Source of the DNA: Chrysomallon squamiferum
Taxonomy: Eukaryota > Animalia > Mollusca
DNA: 64,000 nt
Direction of reading: 5' to 3'
Assembly (NCBI GenBank): GCA_012295275.1
Contig: CM022677.1
Coordinates: 17,856,001-17,920,000 of the forward strand
The position numbers and the translations under genes are program-made. A model generated the notes under the pieces. It saw only the letters and a list, made by a program, of their open reading frames with translations, had not been told where the DNA came from and made no database searches. Of this stretch, positions 1-13,494 are shown piece after piece. How positions within the stretch are numbered: position 1 is the stretch's first letter; every line of letters begins with the position of its first letter.

Positions 1-54
<54 letters not shown>
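1..54. repeat. (AG)n microsatellite, truncated by window edge
   Basis: Perfect dinucleotide run. Confidence 0.98.
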
Positions 55-60
<6 letters not shown>

Positions 61-292
61 AAGTTAATATATTGTTTTTACATCTGAATATATGCATATA
101 TGGGTGTGCATATTTCTGTGTTTATGTTGCTGTGCATAATAATGAATATATATATATATATATATATGTTAGATATAAAAAAGAACCCATGAAATTAATT
201 AATAAAGTAAAAAAGAATATATTTAAGAATGTTAAAACAAAATTAATTAAATTAAAAAACAAAGAACAAGGAAAAAAAAAACTATGTAATAA

Positions 293-323
<31 letters not shown>

Positions 324-569
324 ATTAAAAAAATTAAAATTAAAAAAAAAAAAGTCATGAAAATGCAACAAAATGCAACACACTAACTAATGAATCACTT
401 TTGCATTGCTTGGACCTCCAAACAAACCAAGTTAGGTTTGTCTCCGAGTGCAAATGCTGGCCAGGTGTATTCACTGCTTTGTTCTCTCTTCCTGTCAGTT
501 GTTGTTTTACACGTTGTGACGAGACTGCATGTTTTCAGATCTAAAAAAAGAATAATTTTTTTTTTTTTG

Positions 570-1220
570 CAAATCTAGAATTTTTATATTCTGTATTTGA
601 AAAGAAAAATTTTTTTTAGAAATTAAAAATACCTTTTATACTGTTTCTTTAATTATTTAATATTACTGTATTTGAAATACTGTGTGTATTTGAAACGAAT
701 AATTAAAACAAAAAAAAATTAATCTAGATACCTTTTATACTGTTTCTATATTATTTAATATTTCAGTCTGGAATCCTTTCAGACTTTTGGATCTTGATAG
801 CATCTTGGATTTTTAAAATATTTTATATATTTCAAATCTAAAATCCTTTTATATTGTGTAATACTTTCTGTGTATCACATCAGAAATCCCTTATGGTTTC
901 TACATGTTAAAACAATGTCATGTTATGGAATCCTTTTATACTTTCTATATTTATAACCTCTAGAATTCTTTAAAATAATGTGTGTATTTTAAATCCAGAA
1001 TACCTTTTTAATTCTATGTTTCCACATAGAGAATACTTTTATACTGTGTTTGTTGTGTGGAATTGTTTTATAACATTTTACAGTCCTTTTGTATGGTTTT
1101 TAGCATTCTATAACAATCTTTATAACAATCTAGAATACTGATTGTTTGTTTAATTAACCTTGTCAACAATCCTTTTAACTTGTTTTAATCACATTCAAAG
1201 AATCTCTTTATATTTTATGA
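570..1220. repeat. Degenerate AT-rich tandem repeat, roughly 50-bp units
   Basis: Recurring variants of ctagaataccttttatactgt (e.g. near 575, 725, 960, 1000, 1030, 1130). Confidence 0.6.
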
Positions 1221-1357
1221 AGTAATAATTGGAGTAATTGGTTTGTTTTGTCTTCTTTTATAGTACTGCTAGAGTTTTATTGTTAGTACTTAAAATTAGA
1301 AGTGGTGGTTGTAGTTGTAGTAATTGTTGTGATGGTATTAGTTTCACAAATGTATAC

Positions 1358-1486
<129 letters not shown>

Positions 1487-1603
1487 TTCCTCTCCCTCTC
1501 CCTCCCTCCCTCACCTCTCTTGCACACACACAAAAATCCATAAACATTTTTAGACACAATTCTTCTTTTTTCTTTTTTTTCTTTTTTCTTTTTCTTTACC
1601 ATT

Positions 1604-1617
1604 GTTTCTATGGCAAC
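1604..1617. promoter_or_regulatory. RFX X-box-like site
   Basis: GTTTCTATGGCAAC versus consensus GTTNCCATGGNAAC, at the edge of a high-complexity island. Confidence 0.5.
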
Positions 1618-1861
1618 GTGGCCCGAATCCACAAGCAGCCTATCATAAATGGATCTTAAACATAAATTGAGTGCTGGCTTCATCTGCAGTGATCCCCAAA
1701 CAAATGCCCTGTCCAAGATAACGTAACTTGACCACGATGGATGGTCACAGAGGTGCAATATTAGCTGTATCGTACAAGACACGGGGTAAATTAATTGAGC
1801 CATGATTGTCACAGCAGGTTTAATACTTGTTTGAGACAGCAGGTCAGTTTTAACTGTGTGT

Positions 1862-1913
1862 GTTTGTGTGTGTTAACTTGGGTTAATTCAGTATTAAACA
1901 ACTGTGTGTGGGG

Positions 1914-1972
<59 letters not shown>

Positions 1973-2017
1973 TGTGTTAACTTGGGTTAATTCAGTATTA
2001 AACATCTGTGTGTGGGG
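1862..2017. repeat. Direct duplication of about 45 bp flanking a (GT)n tract
   Basis: gttaacttgggttaattcagtattaaaca at about 1872 and 1976. Confidence 0.9.
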
Positions 2018-2817
2018 GTTTGTGTGTGTGTGTGTGTGTGAAGCTTGTTGTAGATTAGGTGGGTGGCTATTGGATGAAGTTTGTGGGGTTTTTTTTCTTT
2101 GTTTAATGAAGTGGAGTAATGAGAGAGAGTGTGAGAGAGAGAGAGGGAGGGACTTCTTGAATAGGAGGGAAAATGGGGAAGAACAGAGATGGAGAAAGAC
2201 AGAGATAAAGATAGAAAGAAAGAGGGAGATAGAAGGGAGGGAGAAAGACAGAAAGTGACAGAAATAGAGGGAAATATGAGGGAGATATGGAAGACAGAAT
2301 GAATGAAAGAGAAAATGAAATGGGAAGATCAGGAAAGAGTGATAGAAGAAAAAGAGATAAAAAAGACAGAAGAAAAGATGAGAGACACAGAGAGAGAGAG
2401 AGAGACAGAGAGACAGAGAGAGAGTTCTTGAATATAATCTGCTAGTAATATACTGAGGCATAGTGTGTGTGAGAGACACACACACACACACACATATACA
2501 CAGAAACATGAACACACACACACAAAGTATGATAACAATTACAACATTATGTCAAACAGCTCCACAAACCTACACTTGCACTGTTTGACGTGACAGACAG
2601 ACAGACAGACACACACAGCACAGCCAGTCGGCATGTCTGTTTATTAGTCGGATCTGTTATTCGACTTCCATCTTTGTTAATGAATTTAGGGCGCAATAAA
2701 ACAAATCCCGGGAGTGATCCCACTCCCAGGCACATCCCACATCGACTGGCAACCCAGAGACCTCCAGTCAATACCGATTAACTGGGAGGATGTAATGATG
2801 AAAAAGAACAAAACAAT

Positions 2818-2862
<45 letters not shown>

Positions 2863-3851
2863 GACAGTGAAAAGTAAGTGAAATAAATAGTAATTATCAG
2901 GTTAGGAAGGGAGAGAGGAGAAAGAGAGAGAGAGAGAGAAAAGGGAGGGGATGGATGGATGGATGGAGAGAAAGAGGGAGGGATAGAAAGATGAAATATA
3001 TTTTTATATATGTATGTGTGTGTATCTGTATTATAATATATGTATGTATGTATGTTTGTATACATATATATAAAATTTAGAAAAAAGAAATATTGATAGA
3101 AAGTGAAGTATATAAATTAAGAGAGAAAGTGAAAGAAAGAAATGGATAAGATTAAGAAGCAAACACTGATGTACTGACAGACAGAGGGACAAACAAAAAT
3201 GGAACAATGAAAGAAAATATAGATGGATATCTAGAGACAGAGACAAATACAGATAGACTGAAGAACAAATAAAGAGGTGAAATAATGAATACAGATAAGA
3301 GTGAAGGACGGATAAAATAGAGAACAAGAGAGTGGAAAATAATGAATGAAACAGATAACAGTGAAACAGATACAATGAGAATAAAACATTATACGTCACA
3401 TTAGTGTGTCTGTACGTATGTTTGTCTTTGTGTGTGTGTGTGTGTGTATGTATCTGTTATGTATATCAGTGTGTATCTGAGTCTCTCTCTCTCTCTCTGT
3501 CTCTCTGTCTCACTTTGTGCTGTGAAAACAGACTGAGTCTCGCTATGTCAAATGTTTGGCTCTGTCTTAGCACTGGGGGTCTAGTACGACTGACTGTTGT
3601 AAACACAGCCCTGTGAATCGCACAGGACAAACACTGTGTTAGTCGTAGACAAACTGTGGCTTTGTATACAGCAATCACAGCAGCAGCAACATCGTCATCG
3701 TCTGTGTGGTCTTTGAGTGTGTGTTTCAACTGCGGCTGTATGTGTGTGTACAACTGTGATAGCAGCAGCGTTGTTGTCTTTGTGTGGTGGTTGTCTTTGA
3801 ACGTTTTGACAACGTCAATGAATGTTTCTTAGGATAAAACTGAGTTTTGGA

Positions 3852-3872
3852 ATAATAATAATAATGAGTTTT

Positions 3873-3921
<49 letters not shown>

Positions 3922-3941
3922 TAATAATAACAATAATAATG

Positions 3942-3970
<29 letters not shown>
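3852..3970. repeat. (AAT)n microsatellite, interrupted
   Basis: Trinucleotide run giving the poly-N and poly-L ORFs. Confidence 0.95.
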
Positions 3971-3972
<2 letters not shown>

Positions 3973-4544
3973 CAGTAGTAGTAGTATTTTATCCATATTA
4001 GTTACATTTGGTCTGTATATCTGTTGCTCTGAATATCTGTCCATATTGGATGAAATCCATCCATATTCAGTTTATTATTATTAATTATTTATTTATTTAT
4101 TAAAAAACAAAAATAAAAAAAAAAATATAAAAAAAAAAAATCCCAAAACAACATATACACGTACAAACATACATTCACACACAACAAATTAAAACGATTT
4201 GTTTGACCAAATCCTCAGTTCGCTGACCTACAAGCTCGCTCATGCGTGCAACAATGTGTTGGTCCACCGAACAATGTGTCACTTGTTTGTACCATGTGTA
4301 ACAGTGATTATTATCAGTTAGCGCTAATACTTTGATACGTGTGTGCAACAATGTACCAAGTCCTGTTAATACAGCTTTGTATAACATGGTGGAAATGTGT
4401 ACAACTATGTAACAGTATTAGTCCTAGAATGCTTCAAACAATGGCTGCTAGAAATTATATACCTTTGTGCCTTGGCAGAATATATATTATATTATATTAT
4501 CTCTCTCTCTCTCTCCAACCATATTTTCCTCCCTAATTCTTCTT

Positions 4545-4575
<31 letters not shown>

Positions 4576-4796
4576 TTATTATTATTCTCTGTCTTCTCAA
4601 TCAGGCTTTTGTTCCCAAACTATTTATTTCAGTTACTTTTCATTGTCATTAATGTGTGCATTTGTGTGTATAAAACTGACAGTATTTACAGATTTGAAAA
4701 TAATTGAAAAAAAAAAATAGATATGACAAAAACAGAGAAATAAAGAGAAAAATAGAAGAGACAGATACAGATAGATTTAACTAGAGACAGAGAGAC

Positions 4797-4864
<68 letters not shown>

Positions 4865-4952
4865 AATTATCAATAAAAAAATAAAACATAAACAAAGAGA
4901 GAAGGAATGAGAAAAAAGGTACTGAAAAACAGAAAAGAAAAACTGACCTACA

Positions 4953-5000
<48 letters not shown>

Positions 5001-5700
5001 GTCACACAGACACAGATATCAACAACAAAAAGAAAAAGAAAAAAAACAAAAACAAACAGAAGTGACGTTTAACACGCACTCTGATATCCCATGACTGATG
5101 GTGTATTAACTTCTGAATCCTTCACTGTTCATGTTCTACAAGTGAAACCCTCTCTTTCTTTGATGGCGTGTTTCAGACATTTCTCTCTCTCTCTGTGTGT
5201 TTGGGATACCCTACCTCCTTGTTTGTTGTTGCACTGAAACACCAACTCCATCAAGCATTTATGTAGACAGGAAATATTGTGGGTTGAATGTTTGTTATGA
5301 GAGGCTTAGGAATTTTGATGAATGTCTAAGCTTTGTCGAGTGTACCAAGCACTGTATGTTTCAGATACATGGAAGATATGTTGATATATAAATACACGTT
5401 GATTATAAAGCTGTAATGCACACACCTATTGTAGTACACTGGCTTCATGTTCCAATGTTTTTGAGTTTTGTTTTGTGTAAATTCTGAAAGACAGAGACAG
5501 AGACAGACAGAAAGACAGACAGACCTATTTATTAACACAGAACTAATGATCTGACATACTCAGATACTGACTAATCCTTTTGGCATAGTAACTGATCCAC
5601 TGACATACACGGACTAATCATTTAATATACCAGCATTGTTTTTAGCACAGCTAAGCAACACTCTCTGGTTATATCATTTGCACAGAACAGTAACATGCTT

Positions 5701-5800
5701 GGATCATAATGGAGGCTGTTCGGATCTCTATGGAGATGTGTGGATCATAATGGATGCTGTTTGGATCTCTACGGAGATGTGTGGATCATAATGGATCATA
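5701..5800. repeat. 41-bp tandem repeat, about 2.4 copies
   Basis: ggatcataatgga(g/t)gctgtt(c/t)ggatctcta(t/c)ggagatgtgt starting at 5701, 5742 and 5783. Confidence 0.9.
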
Positions 5801-5929
5801 ACCCTAACAACATCTTGGACTGATAATCCACACTGTTTATTTACGATCCCCCAGAACAATTGACAATATAGATTGTGTCCAGGAAAGGCGTGCATGAACC
5901 CTCGGAGGCCCCATTTGTCTACCGATTTA

Positions 5930-6435
5930 TCTGACTGAATGATCAATAAACCAAGTAGACTGATGAAACATGTAGACTGACTGAAATAGATAACCAGAGT
6001 AGACTGGTTGATTGACTGACTGTTTGATAAAATAAGTAGATTGACTGATTGATTGATCAAACAAGTATATTGATCTATTGATTAAAACAAGTAGACTTAT
6101 TTTCCACTGACAAAAACCAGAGGAGACTGAACGACTGGTAAAACCAAGTAGATTGACAAAATGAGTAGACTGACTGATAGGTGAAAAGAAGTCGACTGAT
6201 CAATCAGTCAGTTGATAGAACAAGTAGACTGAGCTATTTATGAACAAGTAGAGGAAACGATTTATCGATAAAGCAAGCTGATTGATTGATTGATTGATAA
6301 ACAATAGATTTTGATAAACAGATAGATAGACCGACAGATAAAACAAGTAGATTCATCGACAGATAAGCGCAAGTAGACTGACTGATCGATCTGACAGATA
6401 AAAACCCAAGCAGATTGATCGATTGACAAAACAAG
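5930..6435. repeat. Degenerate minisatellite of about 20-30 bp
   Basis: Many variants of aaacaagtagactgactgat. Confidence 0.8.
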
Positions 6436-6639
6436 CTCCGAGAGCTCTCATTTCCTCCGCGTCCATTGCTCTTCACGGCCGAGCGATCAATACTTCCACT
6501 TCAACTGACCATTGTCCATCTATGTCCGACACTGTCCGTCTGATGTCCAGCAGGAGTACCGAGGTTACAGCTATTAGCGTCCAGCTAGCGTCCATCTGTG
6601 TCAGTGTAAATAACAGTCGTTTACGGACAATTATTACCA

Positions 6640-6923
6640 GTACCTGAGAGTCTGTCTGTGTGTCTGGTGATGCGAAACCTGACATGATCAGTGTAGCGTA
6701 AATCAGCGGGTTGGATGGTTGGTCACAGGTGGGTGGGTGACGATGCCAGGCAGTCGCGGTGGTGGTGGTGGTGGTGTCCAGTCATGTGTGACAGGTGTGT
6801 TTTTCGGGTAATTACAGGTGCACAACGATTTTCTCGTTGGTTTCCGTGTGAACGGAGGTGATTAGACCAAGAAAAAGAAAAAAAAAAAAAAAAAAAAAAA
6901 GAAAGGAAAGTGACAGTAAAGGT

Positions 6924-6960
<37 letters not shown>

Positions 6961-7125
6961 GTTTGTTGTGTGTGTGTGTGTGTGTGTGTCTGTTGTGTGT
7001 GTGTGTATGTGTTGATATTAAACTGTAGATATTATTCCTAGTGAATGTGAATATATACAACATATTATACACAGCTGTCTGTGTTTCATGCTGTCACTAT
7101 TTAAGCTGTCACTATTTAACCATTA

Positions 7126-7198
<73 letters not shown>

Positions 7199-7698
7199 AT
7201 CTTTCATATCTTGAATACTTTTTTATACCAACAAAATAACCAAATTCTTTCATACCATTACAATATATTTATATTATTTTTTTTTTTTTTTGTCATTTAA
7301 CTCATAACCCTTCCTGTACTTTGATGTGTATCTATCTACCTGACCATCTCATAATTGGACCATTTTGTGAAGCATTACTCAGGTAAAAAAAGTAAAAAAA
7401 TTACAGGTGTGGTAATGTATTAATCATGCAAACAGACATCTGCTTGTATTACCACCTGCTGCCCCTTGTAGTTCAATTGCACAGTGGGCCCAGGTTACAA
7501 AGGGTTAATTACAGGTAAAACATTTTTTTTTTTTTTACCTGTAATTATGTTCTGTAGAGCAAGGTGAGTTTGTTACACAAGTAGGTCTACCTGTATGGCC
7601 AGGTGGAAATTCTGGTTAAGGATCTTGTTTTTCCACCTGTGTCTGTTGCTTGTATGATTTGGTGGAGTTGAAGGGGGGGTTAAGAATGCCGTTTGTCT

Positions 7699-7735
<37 letters not shown>

Positions 7736-7740
7736 CTGTC
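6640..7740. promoter_or_regulatory. Dense cluster of CAGGT(G/A)/(C/T)ACCTG motifs (ZEB/Zfh1, Snail or bHLH E-box type)
   Basis: About 15 copies on both strands in 1.1 kb, e.g. 6726, 6792, 6815, 7380, 7404, 7453, 7512, 7600, 7634. Often next to TAATTA. Confidence 0.45.
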
Positions 7741-7768
7741 ATATTTGGTGGAGTTGTGGTTAAGCAAG

Positions 7769-7806
<38 letters not shown>

Positions 7807-8023
7807 AATACTGTCTGTGACACTGTCATGTGACTGAAGATGAAATAAAAACAAAACACATGCTTGTATGAAGAAACAAATATTAATTATATCAATTATA
7901 TAAATACCCACGTTTAATAACAAAAAAACCTCCCTCCCTCTGTAAAAAAGCCTTCCACAACTACACCAACATAGACATCCACACTGATGTTGTCCAAAAT
8001 ATTGTAGCAACTAATTCTATCAG

Positions 8024-8696
<673 letters not shown>

Positions 8697-9254
8697 TAAT
8701 GATGTGTTTAATATCCCAGGTTTAATAACAGGTCTGAGGTGGGTGTTAACAAGAGGTCAGGGGATATCGCAGATATTTAATCCTTTCCGATATGTAATAT
8801 CTTGTTGTATGAACAATGGAGAGTGTAAAGTATGCTGTTTATTCAATGGGTATTACATATCAAGCATATTATGTCTGTGACATCCAGGATTCCAGTGTTA
8901 AGCCAAGTGAATGTTAGTTTGTATAATTCTTCAATGTGATTTTTGGACTTAAAGGTCTTGGAATCATTGGCATAGTTGGTTTAAAAAAAAAAAAAAAAAA
9001 AAAAAAAATATATATTTGTTGTGGTGATTTTAGATATGTGTTTTGATTAATGTATTGGTTATGTGTTTTTTCAATTGATTTTTAAAATAATAATAATAAT
9101 TAAAAATACAATATATATATATATATATAAATTGGTGTTGACAAAGTTTACAATAGCAGAAGTAAAATTTGGGATAAAATTCTTTAAAAAGTGAAAGAAA
9201 GACAGAAGAAAAGAAGGAAAAGAAAGGATAAATGAAAAAAGAAAAGAAAAATAT

Positions 9255-9640
9255 TTGATATTTCTGCCAGTTGGATTTGAACCCATAATCGTCTGTTTCG
9301 TCATTTCTACGTAATCTGTCACAACAGACTAGAAGTATTACACACACAGGTTAGAACCAGAAAAATACTGTTCTTCAACTCATTATACTATCGTAAGAAA
9401 AAAAAAAATGTTACATTTTTCTGCTATCAAGATTTGAACACATTATCTTCTGTTCTTCAGATCATTATATCCATTATTATAGATTGAAATAACAGATATT
9501 TCTGCCTTTAAGATTTGAACATGCAATCTACCATTTTTGAAACTCATCTATACCAGTTATGAAACACAGCAAGATTTCTGCCAGCAAGACTTGAACCTGT
9601 TATCATCTGTTCCTCAATCATAGCCATCATGAGAATATGA
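9255..9640. repeat. Degenerate tandem repeat of about 75-80 bp, about 5 copies
   Basis: tttctgc...gatttgaac...atc.tctgtt recurs near 9260, 9420, 9500 and 9575. Confidence 0.7.
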
Positions 9641-9892
9641 AAAATGTTGGCAGATAATTGTTTATCTGTCTCACTTTTCTTTCGCTAGTTACTGCGTGTT
9701 GTGAAAACCCCACACAAAGCAGTGTCTGTATCTTGACATGTGTTATACTGGCTGTATTCCACGCCTGCACAGGAGAATATCGCAGAATTACTTCTTAAAT
9801 GGTCTTTTTCAGCCCCATTAGCTTTCTCTGTTGAAGCAGTTTCACTTCAGGTTTTATACATATATTCTTATTTTCTCTGTCATTCTTTCTTT

Positions 9893-9954
<62 letters not shown>

Positions 9955-10449
9955 TTCCAGTTTTTCTCTTATTCAGTCTTGTTTTCCTTTACATTTCTTT
10001 TCTCTCAAACTCTTTTTTTTACTCTCTCTCATTCTCATTTCTTTTCTCCCTTTGCTTTTCCTTTCTTGCTTTCTTTCTTTCTTTCTTTCTTTCCATGTCT
10101 GTGTATCTTATTCCTTGAACTGTCAGACTGTTCTGTATGTATGTATGTATGTATGTACATATGTACGTATATATGTGTACGTGTATCTGTCTCTATAAAT
10201 ATTTATATTTACACACTCAATGAACCCACATCATCATCACCATCATCACCAACACCATCACCATCATCACCAACACCATCACCATCTAAAACATGCGTCA
10301 AACAAATATAATAACAACTATCAGGAAAAAACACCCAACCAAACATGCACACACACACACACACAACACAACACAACACATAACACCCCTAGTGTTATAC
10401 GAACCTCCCCATATTCAACATGGAAACCACTCAACTTAAAGTATATGGT

Positions 10450-10733
<284 letters not shown>

Positions 10734-11014
10734 AAATATTCAAAACCTTCGGTCGGAATGCTCACAGGAGCATTTAGCAGAATGCTCGGCGGCATGATGC
10801 CGGAATGCTTATGGTAATAGTTTTTGTGGTAATAGTGGGAGGGGAAAAACGGCATGGCTTAATGCCACCAGTTTGTATTCACTTGTTATGGATGAATGCT
10901 GCTGCTGCTGCTGCTGCTGCTGTTGCTGTTGCATCATCATCATTATTATCATTATCAGCTCTGAAGTGTGAATACATACATCCCTGTCAGTGTATTTCTG
11001 TCTGTCTGTCTGTC

Positions 11015-11045
<31 letters not shown>

Positions 11046-11149
11046 GAGTGCTATGATTAACATGTTGATTTGTAAAATGTTAGTTTCGGTAGAATGTCTC
11101 TTGTAGTTGTTGATTCAGTGTTTTAAATTCAGGAATTTAGGCTTGTAAA

Positions 11150-11690
11150 ACATTGGTGTAGAATGTAAGCTTATAACATGGTAGAATGTAAGCTTATAAC
11201 AGGATAGAGTGTAAGCTTTTAACATGGTAGAATGTAAGCTTATTACATGGTAGAATGTAAGCTTATAAACATGGTATTATCTAAGCTTATAACATGGTAG
11301 ACTGTAAGCTTATAACTTGATGGTATGTAAGCTTTTAACATGGTAGAATGTAAGCTTATTACATGGTAGAATGTAAGCTTGTAACATGGTAGAATGTAAG
11401 CTTATAACATGATAGAATGTAAGCTTATAACATGATAGAATGTAAGCTTATAACATGGTAGAATGTAAGCTTATAATGTGATAGAATGTAAGCTTATAAC
11501 ATCATAGAATGTAAGCTTATAACTTGAAAGAAAGCAAGATTATAACTTGATAGAATGCAAGATTATAAACAGATTTAGATCTTGAACATCTTGTACAGGA
11601 CATAAACTCACAAATGTGGTTGAATGTAAGCTTGTGTGTAGTACTGGATCTGGAACTTGTAAACACCGAAGAACGAAGCTTATAAACAAA
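11150..11690. repeat. 23-bp minisatellite, about 17 good copies plus decayed flank
   Basis: Unit aacatggtagaatgtaagcttat, each containing AAGCTT. Confidence 0.95.
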
Positions 11691-12040
11691 ACACATCCAG
11701 AACATGAGACAGCTGGTGCAGAAACCTAATTTTATGAAATTAATGGAATGCTAGTTTGTAAATGCTTCGGAAATTAAAGTTATAAAAAAAAAAAAAAAAA
11801 AATTAGAAAATAAGCTTATAAATGCATTGTATACCTTAAGCTTGTAAATACACACGATAGCTAGCTACACACAGACAGACAGACAGACAGACAGACAGAG
11901 AGAAACACACACAAACACAAACACTTTAATTGTGAAAAAGAATCACTACACACATACAACTATCTTAAAAAAAAAATATAATAATAAAATAAAATCTACC
12001 AGTATATACACATGAACAAAAAAATGATTTTTAATAAACA

Positions 12041-12093
<53 letters not shown>

Positions 12094-12430
12094 GTTTATT
12101 TTTTTAAAATTACATGTAGAAGTATCTTACTTCATGTGTTCCACATTTTTAAGCTGGGACATGTGTTTGTGATAGGAAATCCATTCTGTATTACATTACT
12201 GGATGTTATTTTCTCATCACAGAAGCACAGAGGAAACTCTTCAGTAGGTTGTGACTGAATGGTAGCTATTTCTGATAACTGCATTTCCATTTAATCTACG
12301 GCGTCATATATACGTGTAACACAACACCGATACTGTCAAACTGATGCAGTTGTTACGGCTTTGTTTATATGTTTGATAACCCATATTTGACATAAAAAAA
12401 TTGTATATATATATATATATCTTTTCTAGC

Positions 12431-12610
12431 CATCTCTTTGAATATATTCATCCATTGATTCTTTTTCATCTGTCATTCCATTTTTTACTTTATTTATCCA
12501 TCTTTCTTTCCTTTTTTATCATCTCTTTGAATATATTCATCCATTGATTCTTTTTCATCTGTCATTTCATTTTTTTCTTTATTTATCCATCTTTCTTTCT
12601 TTTTTTTATC
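12431..12610. repeat. Tandem duplication of about 89 bp
   Basis: catctctttgaatatattcatccattgattctttttcatctgtcatt at 12431 and 12520. Confidence 0.9.
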
Positions 12611-12972
12611 ATTTTTCTTTCATATTTTTCTTCAGTATTCTTGTTTCCTGTTTTAAATCTATCAATGTTTCATTCATAATTCTGTCCATCCATATTTCTT
12701 TTAATATTCTTTCATCCATTTTCTTTCTTCCTTCCTTCCTTCCTTCCTTCATTCCATCTATTCTTTCTTTCTTACATTCATCCATTCTTTCTTCCTTTTA
12801 TCCACTCTTTCTTTCATTCCTTCTTCCACTTTTCTTTCATATTTTTCTTCAATACATTCATTTTTTTCTCTTTTTTTTTAAAATCCATCATTTCAATTCT
12901 TCCTTTCTCTCATCTATCCCATCATTCATTCATCCTTCTGTGTCCTTCCCATCTACACACCCACCCATCCAT

Positions 12973-13005
<33 letters not shown>

Positions 13006-13406
13006 ATTGATTTGTATGTCACTACATACAGCTGCCCATCATTGCCATTGCTGGTTAATTTCCTTTTCTTTGAGCCAATAAGGTAATCATGTTTTTTCAC
13101 ACACAAATTGCAAAATGATTTCACCAAGGACTACAGAAGAAGCTGGAAGGGGTCGGTGCAAGTAGAAATAATAACCAGAAATAGAAACTGTAACCGAATA
13201 TCGCTGATCAAATAAATTTATTAGCAAGAACAGCAGTAGAGGGGAATAAGACGACAACACATGTAGTGTGACGTCGTGCTTAGGCTTTGAGTGTCGTCAG
13301 TGTCTCTGACAGTCATTCTGTCTGTCTGTCTGTTTTCTGTCTTTATCTATATTTCTATTTTCTCTCAGTTTTGTCTTTGTGTCTCTCTGACAGTCATTCT
13401 CTCTGT

Positions 13407-13494
<88 letters not shown>

